64,000 nt of DNA. Source: Octopus vulgaris (taxonomy: Eukaryota). The translations under genes were made by a program, and so were the position numbers. Positions within the stretch are counted from its first letter, which is position 1. Each line of letters starts with the position of its first letter. Where the stretch lies: NCBI GenBank assembly GCA_951406725.2, contig OX597822.1, positions 76,322,001 to 76,386,000 of the forward strand, in the 5' to 3' direction. The notes below the pieces were generated by a model, which saw only the letters and a program-made list of their open reading frames with translations, had not been told where the DNA came from and made no database searches. This document shows positions 27,749 to 38,972 of this stretch, piece by piece.

Positions 27749-27798
27749 TTTGTCAGTGAACAGGTCGCGGATTTTAGCGACGAAAATATTTTGACAAA
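27749..27798 (+). ncRNA. Minimal type-I hammerhead-ribozyme-like motif (G3:C8 variant) in a putative Penelope-like repeat
   Basis: TTTGTCA-GTGAACA-G-GTCGC-ggatttta-GCGAC-GAAA-ATAT-T-T-TGACAAA: 7-bp stem I, 5-bp stem II, palindromic stem III. Confidence 0.6.
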
Positions 27799-27938
27799 TT
27801 AAACTTAAATGTTGAAGTGAATCAAACGGCTTTTGTGTGTTTCTTAAATGGCTTACAAACACCTTCCACGCTGCAATTGTTTTCGTTTCAGCACACGTTC
27901 TCAGATCAAATTACTTGCTATGTGAGTACATCTCCGTA

Positions 27939-27973
<35 letters not shown>

Positions 27974-29069
27974 TGTGTATGTATGCATATATATATATGT
28001 GTGTTTATATGTGTATATATATATAAATTTGTATGTATATATATATTTGTATATATATATTTGTATGTATATATATATATTTGTACATATACATATATAT
28101 ATATATATATATAGATATAATCAATTGCACATATTGTGGGTAACTTTTCATATGGAATCTTTAATTTGGCTCCATGTAACTTAGAGATTTTGGGGCCTGA
28201 TGAATTCAGTTTGATGAATAAACCTACCAAACTTGAAGTCGCATGGAACCGAATCAAACCGCTATTGAATAAATAATGCGTGTGTGCTCTTGTAAACGTG
28301 TGTCTGTGTGTGTCTGTGCGTGTGTGTATCTGTGTCTGATACATACTTATCCAAACAGTCTTTGTCTTCTTTGATTTTACAGTTTCTGCTCCTTGCCCCC
28401 ATTTTGCTTTGAAATACGCACAAAAACTACGTTGAAGTTTATTATATATCATTCTGTCCATTTTCTATTTAACACTTGGGTTTCATTTCGGTGTTAGTTT
28501 GCAATTCAAAATAATAAATTACTTGTGTCCTTGTTATATTCAACACTTTCCAAGCTGCTGATTATATTCTCAAGATAAGATATACATATATATATATGCC
28601 TACACACACACACACATACTTTCCTTTCCTGTGTCCCTCTCACACAACACACACACACATGTATGCATTGACACACATACACACACACATGTGGACACAT
28701 ACCTCTCCCACCCAGTTTGTAAAACAAAAGAGAGATATAACACTAAAGAGATGGTGTAGAGTTAAATAATATATTTATTTTAACTGTGATTTTGGTCACT
28801 ATTTTACTTTCATGTGTGAAACCAGAGTAGCGACCAAAATCACTGTTTAAATCAATATGTTTAAACTTCATCGTTTATATCTGTCTCTTTGTCTATCTAG
28901 CTATCCATCCATCTGCTCTTCCCTTCCCCCCATTCCATCTTATATATCTATATTACTGTATCTGTGTGAATTATATATTGTCATATTATAGTTAAAGCTG
29001 TCTACTTTTGTATTACTTCAAGATTCACATCAGTATGAACGTTATTCTTCAGGTTTCTTTTACTTTTTA

Positions 29070-29330
29070 CTTGTTTGACTGTGGCCAGAGAGAGCTTTTA
29101 GTCAAATGAATTGAGCCCAGTGCCTTTTTTCATAGCCTGGTGCTTATTTTATTGGTCTGTTTTACTGAGCTGCTAAGTTACAAGAACGTAAACACATCAA
29201 CATCGCTTGTTAAGCAATGCCAGGGCACAAATACAGACACAAAAACACACACGCTTAGATACATACATGCAAATATATATGTATATATATATATATGTGT
29301 GTGAGTGTGTGTATGTATATATCTATATAT

Positions 29331-29389
<59 letters not shown>

Positions 29390-29407
29390 CTATCTATATA
29401 TCTAGCA

Positions 29408-29444
<37 letters not shown>

Positions 29445-29574
29445 CCTATCAATCTATCCATCTACCTATCAATCTATCTCTCTCTCTCTATATATATATA
29501 CATATATATATACACACACACACACATACACACATATATATTTGTGTATATATATGTGTGTGTGTATGTATATA

Positions 29575-29634
<60 letters not shown>

Positions 29635-29722
29635 TATATATATGTGTGTGTATATATATGTATATATATGTGTGTGTGTATATATATGTATATATATGTG
29701 TGTGTATATGTGTGTATAAATG

Positions 29723-29759
<37 letters not shown>

Positions 29760-29950
29760 ATATTCATATATATTTGTAAGTATATATATATATACACGCA
29801 ACGAGATTCTTTCACATTCCATTAACCAAATCCACTCACAAGGATTAGGTTGGCCTGAGGCTATAGTAGGAGGTAATTACCAAAGTGTCATGCTGTGGGA
29901 GTGAACCCAGTACCATGTGGTTGGGAAGCAAAGTTCTAACCACACCTGTG
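29070..29950 (-). mobile_element. SINE family B with expanded internal microsatellite
   Basis: Tail at 29070-29230, head at 29800-29950, separated by TA/TG/TCTA repeats. Confidence 0.7.
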
Positions 29951-30884
29951 TCTAGTGTATGTTGATAAGGACAATATAGACAATGCTTTAACGTTAGCTG
30001 CTCAGCTGCATAGGATTGTACTCAGCATATTTCCAGTTTGTGTTCTTCTTTCTCTCTAATGATACATTAAGAAAATAATATCTCCAAAGTAACAATTGTC
30101 TCCCTGTTAACTCTCAACAGTAGAAAGCATAATCAAGTAAGCTTTCATCATCTAAACTGACTCTGTTCATCTGTTGTGCTATACTCAAAAGATCTTTTCA
30201 TCATGGTGGCACTTTCATAGTATCTCTTGTTTAAATTATACATTGTTTTTTTTTAAATATGTGATATTTCTCGGGCACACATAAGTGACATTGCTTTTTT
30301 ACTTAATCTTTAGGTATGCTACATTTTATTACTGGTCATTTAACATTGAAACCGTCAACACTTTGTTCTTTTCAGTCCCGTATATAACTGGACAAGGCTT
30401 GTACTTGAAGGTGACTTGTAATTCATGCTACGTCTTTTAAAACTACTTTGACTGAAATTAAAGTAAGTCTTTCAGCTATTGGGCAATTCACCAAAAACAC
30501 AAGCTTTTGTTTGATATTTTATATGAAGGAACAATCCTGTTTATTACTGAAATTACAGTTGGTGACTAAACTGACAATCCTAAGTTTTCAAATTGAAATA
30601 ATGCTGACATTTTTTAATACCATTATAGCTGACTTTGACCTTATCTTGTGTTACTTACAACTACCTGGGGAGTATTTTATATGTTGCTACTTCTGGTTAT
30701 CAGGTATGGTATAGAATAGGTTAGTGCTTACTATCTAACACACAAAACATTAAAGAACTAACTAGAAATAAAAATGAAGTGAGGACAATAGAGTTGTAAC
30801 TCAATGACTAATCGTAATTCAATTTTTCCCAGTGAATACAGAAGACAATTCTGGAAAAAACAACCACATGGAATTTGGCAAAGT

Positions 30885-31167
30885 AGTTGGGCATAGTGGT
30901 TAAGTGTATAGGCTACTAACCCCAAGATTCCGAGTTCGATTCCAGGCAGTGACCTGAATAATAAAAATAATAATAATAATAATAATAATAACATCAAAAA
31001 ATACCTTAGGAATGAGAATCCAGGTTCGAAATTTCCCTAACACACCTGATGAAAGCCAGAGAGTATATCAGCCGAAATGTTGTGTTAACAACAAACAAGA
31101 TGAGGACAAATATCCATCAAATGTAAATAAAGTAAATAATTCCTCATCTCTTAAATATAGAACTGTA
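30885..31167 (+). mobile_element. tRNA-headed element with (AAT)n linker and hammerhead-like 3' module
   Basis: GGCATAGTGGTTAAG (A box), GAGTTCGATTCC (B box), then ACAC-CTGATGA-...CAGCC-GAAA-TGTT-GTGT; related sequence at 6522-6700. Confidence 0.65.
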
Positions 31168-33667
31168 TAAATCACACCTTATCATAATCTAGTAATATCC
31201 ACTTTTCTATGTTTGTATGGGTTGGAAAGAATTTGTTGAGATGGATTTGCTATGGTTGGTTGCTCTTCCTGTTGCCAGCCCTCACCAGTATTTCCCCCCA
31301 GAACTATACATGTTTTTGAGGAAGATTGTGAACAGACACCACATGCATAATGGTAACATTTCCTTGTAGAAGAAACTTGCTCAAGGTGCAATGCAAACGA
31401 ATTGAACTTGAAACCATGTTGTTTGGAAGCAAACGTCTTAACCACACAGCCAAGCTTGTGCCTGTTGTTTAAAAACAAAAGGTGACCCACATTCAACAAT
31501 ATCATTCTAGATTTCGTTGACATCATCACCATCATCATCATCACCATCATTACCACCACCACCATCATCATCATCATAATCATCACCACCACCATCATCA
31601 ACATCGCCATCTTCATCATCCTCACCATTATCATCACCATCATCATCATAATTTAATGCCCATTTTCCATGCTGGCATGGGTCAGATGGTTCGATAGTAG
31701 CTGGCAAACTGGAAAGCTGTACCAGGTTCCAGTTGTCTGTTTTGGTTTAGATTTTATGGCTTGATGCCCTTCCTAATGCCAACCACTTTACAGAGTGTAC
31801 AGGGTGCTGTATTCATGGCACCAGCGTGGGCACTTTATAAATGACACCAACACAAGTGGCGCTAACACAGGGGCTTTAAATGTGGTACCATCTAAAATGA
31901 AATGCAGGATGATTTCTACTGGGGCTAACCTAGAGGGAGGTTGCAACAATTACTTCATCACATGACCAATTCTATAAACCTAACTGTTACCATAATTCTA
32001 TCAGCAAGTGCATGTGAAAGTCTTTTCTTTTTCTTTCTATTCAAAATTCAATATTAAGATCTTTAATTCTAAAACCAAGTTATCCTGAGATTACATGAAG
32101 GATGAAAAATATTCTGTCTCTCTCTGTGATTGCTAATCCATGGCATGACTATCCAAAGATTTTTAACAAGGAAATGGCTGCAACAGTTCTATGGAATCAC
32201 CAGAAATTTTCATCAGTGAAATGGTGAGCTTGTCATTGCAGCTTGTTCTTTAATCCAATTTAGCCTAATTCAATATATTTCGGTTTTGGGAGTTGCTTAT
32301 TAGTAGAGTTCTTCTACGTGATTTTTATAGACATTCCGATCATCATCACTATTTGTTCTGCTTATAAATGAAGACTACTACCATTCGATTGCTTTAATAT
32401 CATTATCAGCACCAGCATCATTGTCATTGCCGTCATTGTCATCATGATCTTCATCAGCTTCATTATCACTGACTTTGCTATCAACATTAATTTCCTCCTC
32501 CTCATCATCATCATAATCGTCAGCATCATCTTTATCATTGTTATCATCATCAGCATCCCTATCATCATCATTAATGCTATCATCGTCATTGTTACCACCA
32601 ACACAATCAACATTAATTTCCTCCTCCTCCTCCTAATCATCATCATGATTATTATTGCTGTCCTCATCATCATCTCTGTCATCATCATCATCATTAATGC
32701 TATCATCATCGTTATTACCACCAATGCAATCTCACTGTCCCTCTCTCTCTCTCTCTTTCACTTATCCCTCCCTCCCTCTCTCTCTCTCCTTCATTCGTCC
32801 CTCCCTTTCTCGCTCTCTTTTGTTTCTTTGTTTCTCTCTCTTTCCTTCTCTCATCCTTCTTTTTTATCTTCCTCTCTCTCCCTTTCCTCCTCTCTCTCTT
32901 TCTCTGTGTGTGTTTCTGTATGTTTATCTCCCTCTCCTTCTCTCACACTCTCCTTTTCTTTTTGTTGTTCATTTATTATTTGTCTAGCAATAAGGCAAAA
33001 TGCAAGATTTCTTATGCAAAATTACAATGTTACTAATGGGTCACCACTCGGAGTTACGAACATCTATGAGGTACAGTTGCAGTCCATAACCAACACTTTG
33101 GTATTATATATACTCTGGTGATAAATGTATTACAGTGTCATCAAATATGATAAAAGTCAATGCATTCACCTCTTCAGCAAGATGCCTGCTCTTCTCCTTC
33201 TATCATAGCTTCATACTCTTCCAATGTATACCCCAACTCATTTAGGCGTAGGGTGGTCTTATCTTTCAGGTACTTGGTGACCTTACTGGTGCTGGCACCA
33301 TATAAAAAGCACCCAGTACACTCTGTAATGTGGTTGCCATTAGGAAGAGCATCCAGCTGTAAAAACCATGTCAGAACAGACACAGCACTTGGCAGAACCC
33401 TTGGGCTAATTTGTTCTTGTCGAACTGTCTAACCCATGCCAGCATGGAAAAAGAGACATTATCCTCTTAATTTATTATCCTGTATATTTTCGTTCAAAGA
33501 TGTCTAATAAATATATAGTCAAATGAAAATATACATTCTCTCTACGTTCACTATATGTTCACTGTACTCTGAGGTATCTGTCACTTGTTGCTAACCCAGA
33601 ATATTTCGCTCATGTTGTTATTTCCATTTTCTAGCATTAACTATCAGTAATTATCAATTCTATCAGT

Positions 33668-34252
33668 AAAAGCGCCATTCAAGCGTGGTCGATGCCAGTG
33701 CCGCCTGACTGGCTCCCGTGCCAGTGGCACATAAAAAGCACCATTCAAGAATAGTCCATGCCAGTGCCACCTGACTGGCTCTCGTACTGGTGGCACGTAA
33801 AAAGCACCATCCAAATGTGGTTGATGCCAGTGACCCCGACTGGTTCCCGTGCCAGTGGCACATAAAAAGCACTATTTGAGCATGGTTGATGCCAGTGCCG
33901 CCAGACTGGCTCCCATGTCAGTGGCATGGAAAAAGCACCGTTTGAGTGTAGTCAATGCTAAGTGCCGCCTGACTGGCTCCTGTGTTAGTGGCACGTAAGA
34001 AGCACCATTCGAGCATGGTTGATGCCAGTGCTGCCTGATTGGTTCCCATGCCAGTGGTATGTAAAAAGCACCATTCAAGCATACTGGTGGCACGTAAAAA
34101 ACACCCACTACACTCTTGGAGTGGTTGGTGTTAGGAAGAGCATCCAGCTGTAGCAACCTTGCCAGAACAGATTGGAACCTGGTGCAGCCTCCTGGCTTGC
34201 CAGTCTCAGTCAAACCATCCAACCAAAGCAGATGTTGAACGATGATGATGAT
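33668..34252 (+). mobile_element. 5'-truncated RTE 3'-UTR copy with expanded ~66-bp minisatellite
   Basis: About six units of GATGCCAGTGCCGCCTGACTGGCTCCCGTGCCAGTGGCACATAAAAAGCACCATTC, then CACCCACTACACTC...GTTAGGAAGAGCATCCAGCTG...(GAT)n as in 48860-49034. Confidence 0.8.
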
Positions 34253-35059
34253 GGACTTTATAATAAATCATAACTGATCCAAAACAATTTCTGTACTTAT
34301 TATTCATTATGTACAGATTCAAAATAAATAAGTAAAAAAATATTCTTTGCATGGAAATTGAAAAATATGTGTGTGTTAAGAGGTTAAACGATGCCAATGA
34401 TGATGATTATTTTATATTTATTTCTTTATTGCCTACAGAGAGCTAAACATAGAGGGGACAAACAAGGGGATTGAGCAGATTACATCGACTCCAGTGCATA
34501 GCTGGTACTTATTTAATCGACCCCGAAAGGATAAAGGGCTAAGTCAACCTCGACAGAATTTGAACTCAGAACAGAACGGCAGATGAAATACCGCTAAGTA
34601 TTTTGCCCAGCATGCTAACGATTCTGCCAGCTCACATTATGTTTATATTAATTGTCTCTTTTGTATGAAGAAATTGTGTGTACAAATAGATGTACAACAG
34701 TGCAAGCTCCAGGTAGAGACCATAATCCAGTCTCCCTTCCTACAGAGTCTTTAAAGAAGTTCTGTACTGAATAACATTACAACTTATGATAGTAAAGAGC
34801 CCCTTTGGTCATGAATAGCCATGGGATTGCACCTAGAAAGTTCCCCTCTGAGGCACTTTAATTTCTTTTAAAACATTTTATTATATTTAAATTCCTATCT
34901 TACAAGCTGAAATGGGAGCTTGACAAAATTAACTAAATTAGCATAGAATTATGGTTTCTTATTTTTTTTAATAATTAAAATCTAAACTTAATATATAAAT
35001 GCGAAATAGATAGTTGAATAACTTTAAACCTAATTTTAGGCCATCCTGTATATATATAA

Positions 35060-35480
35060 TAATGAAATTACTGTATACAGTGCTCAGGTGCACCACAACT
35101 TGTCAAAAGTGCGTATAAAGCATATGCAATAATGTACAAATGTCTGGAAAGTGAACAGTGTATGAGTCAGATACATGCTTGCGTGTGTATGGAGGGGAGA
35201 AAATCAGATGTAGTGTTGGCGAATCTCAGAAAGCATGGAAGTTTTGAAGGATGCAGTGCCCTGATAACTAACGACTGATGCTGGCAGTTTGTTCCATGCT
35301 TCAGCAACTCTTAGTGTGAAAAAATGTTTCTGAAAGTCATGGGAGCTGTGCTGTTTTCTGACTTTGTAAACATGTCCACGGGTGTTAAACAGGTGGAGTT
35401 TGAAAAGGTGCTCAGAGTTATTGTTAGTAAGATGGTTGATAATTTTATGGGTGTCTGCCAAGTCAGCTGCCAGACGTCGG
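35060..35480 (-). mobile_element. CR1-clade LINE 3' fragment
   Basis: RRLAADL...NTRGHVYKV...KHFFTLRVAEAWNKLPASVV is the typical CR1 ORF2 C-terminus. Confidence 0.8.
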
Positions 35481-36144
35481 AGTATCATTTAACATCCCCT
35501 TTCCATGCTAGCATGGGTTGGACGGTTTGACGTGGAGCTGGCTAGCTAGAAGCTGTCCAGACCCCAACTGTCTGTTGTAGCATAGTTACTATGGCTACAT
35601 TCCCTGCCTAACACCATCCATTTAACAGAGTATGCTGGGTGCCTTTTATGTGCCAGTGGCACAGGTGCATTTACATAGAACTGGTTCATGAGTAAGCACA
35701 TAAATGTAAAACAAGGTGGAAAAAATAGTACTCGACAACCAAAGGCAGAGCAATATGCTTTTATTAAAGCTGCTAAAATTTACACAGACATTTACACAGA
35801 GCTTCATATTCTCATTTGTCAGACAGTTGTGCTCATACTGTCTGATGAACAGAAAGATGAAAGCTTGAGTAGCATTTTGTCAAAAATTTTAGAATTTTAA
35901 TAAAAGTATATACATACATATACACCTATTTTCATGTATGTAGATATATGTGTATGTGTGTACATATATACATACAAATTTATATGTATGTATGGCTATA
36001 TATATATACACACATATATGCATACATGCATACATGCATATACATATATGCATATATATATATATATATATATATACACAATATATATATATGCATATAT
36101 ATATATACACACAATATATATATACATACATGCATATACATATA

Positions 36145-36184
<40 letters not shown>

Positions 36185-36195
36185 TATATATATAT

Positions 36196-36243
<48 letters not shown>

Positions 36244-36391
36244 GCATATATATATATATATATATATATACATGCATATACATATATGCATATATATATA
36301 TACATGCATATACATATATATATATATACATGCATACACATATATGCATATATATATATGTCTTTATGTGTGTACATATAAGTGTCTATGA

Positions 36392-36450
<59 letters not shown>

Positions 36451-38645
36451 CGTGTCTGTAATATAAATTTATGTACAGAGAGACAGACAGACAAACACAC
36501 AACATGCACACACAATGAGATATAGCATGCGGATAGCCAAAGCTAGCAAACATACTTACATATATGTACAAATGTGTGTGTGTGTGTGTGTGCGTGTGCG
36601 TGTGCGTGTGTGTGTGTGTGTTTGAACAAAGTTGTTTGTATGTCAATCAGAAAGCCAACAGATTACAAAAACAAACATATCCGACATTAATAAGATGACT
36701 TCAGTCACATGAAGCTCAGCCTTATCAACATCAGCAGCAGCTGCAAGAACAACAACAACAACAACAACAATGAGAACAAGATCAGGAACATCAGGAACAG
36801 TATGTAGAAGATGGGGGATTTCAGTTTGTCATCTTTGTGGAAGAGAATCCCTCATCTTGCTGGGAATTGGCTGAAGAAAAAAAAAGAAAGAAAATGATAA
36901 AATCTTGGAATCTTTAATTCCTGTATTTTGTAAACAGAAGACAGCAGAACTGGTATGATTCATTCTGGTTTTGGAAACAAAGATGATGGTGGTGATGATG
37001 ATGAGGATGAGGAGGAGGAGGAGCAGGAGGAGCAGGATTATGAAGGGGAAGAGGAAGATAAAGAAAGAGAAGAAGAATAGGAAGAAGATGAAGATGATGA
37101 AAAAGATGAAGAAAAATGAAGAAGAAAGAAGGGAAGAAGTGGAGGAAGAAGGAAAAGGAAGGAAGAAGAAAAAGGAGGAAATGGGAAAAAGATGAATAAC
37201 AATTATAATAATAATAAGAATAAGAATAAGAATAATAATAAAGTATGAAATGATGGTGATGATGATGAGGAGTAGTGTTGGTAGTACTGGTGTTAGAAGT
37301 AATGATGATAACGATCATGAATATTATTATTATTGTTATCGTTATCATTATTATTATCATCATTATTATTATTATTATTGTTATTGTTATTACTGTTATT
37401 GTTATTATTATGTGTAGAGGAAACACATTACACAAGCATGAAAAACATTCGACAAATATGAAAACTTTAGCGAGGAAAAAAAAAATAACAAAATCAAATT
37501 TTAATAGAACAAAAACAAAAACAAAAAGAATTATGAATCAACCAAAATTTAATACTAGAATGTATAAATTTTAATTTATTTTTGTATTTTCTATAAAAGG
37601 ATTGTTTAGTTTTGTTGTTTCTTTTTTTTTTTTTCAATATATTCGGTTATAGCGTCGGTGCTTCAGATGATGATGATGATATCGTGGTAGTAGTTGTGGT
37701 GGTGGTTGTGACGGTGGTGGTGGTGGTGGTGCATGGTTCTGGTTGAGAGGTTATGTTACAGAGATGTCTGCTCTGCTTTTATGGACTTTTCTCTGGTATT
37801 TTATGGCTGTTTGTGATTCAGCAGTTCAGTAAGTGCATCTTAATCATCATCATCATCATCATCACCATGAATCGTTGTCGTTGCCGTCATCATCATCATG
37901 CTCATCATCGTCGTTGTTGTAACTGCCATGCCATTGTCATCATCATCATCACCACCACCATTATTATCATCATCCTAATCATCATCGTTATAGTCATCGC
38001 CATTTTCATTATCATCATCATCATCATCATCATTGTCATCACCTTCATTATCCTCGTCATCAGCATTATTGTCACCTGCATCGCCACTGCCATCATCATC
38101 ATCATCATGATATTCATCGTCATCGTTGAATCAATCCTTACTACTGTCATTGTGAGCCCCATCTTCTTCATCATGGCGACCACTATTATCATCATCATCA
38201 TCGTTGTTGTCGTCGTCATCACCATCATTGTCACCTTCGCCACCACCATCTCCACTACCATCATCATCAGGAGCATTATCATAATTACCTTCTTCACCTT
38301 CATTCTTCATAGGCGCAGGTGGCAAGAAGCTTGCTTCCCAACTACATGGTTCCAGGTTCATTCCCACTTCAGGGCAGTTTGGGCAAGTGTCTTCTACAAT
38401 AGTCACAAGCCAACCAAAGTCTTGTGAGTGGATTTGGTACATGGAAACTGAAAGAAGCCCATCATATGTACATATATACATACATACACACACACATACA
38501 CACACACATACACACACATATACACACACAAATACACACACACATATACACAAGCATATATATACACACACATATACACAAGCATATATATACACACACA
38601 TATATACACACACATATATAAACACATACACACACACACACACAC

Positions 38646-38703
<58 letters not shown>

Positions 38704-38972
38704 ACGTGTTAAATAAAATGAGACAACAAAGCCAAGGCTGTGTGGAATTTTCAGGATATTTATAAAGAGAATGTTTGTCTTACAGTTGTTTCTGGGATAT
38801 TAGGAATATCCATCATCTGAGACAATGTGTGATGGTTAAATAGAGGGAAATATTAGAGTTATGCATGTATGCATATATGTGTGTGTATGTATATATATAT
38901 ATATGTATATATATGTATGTATTTATATGCATGCATGCATATATGTATATATATATATATATATATGCATAT

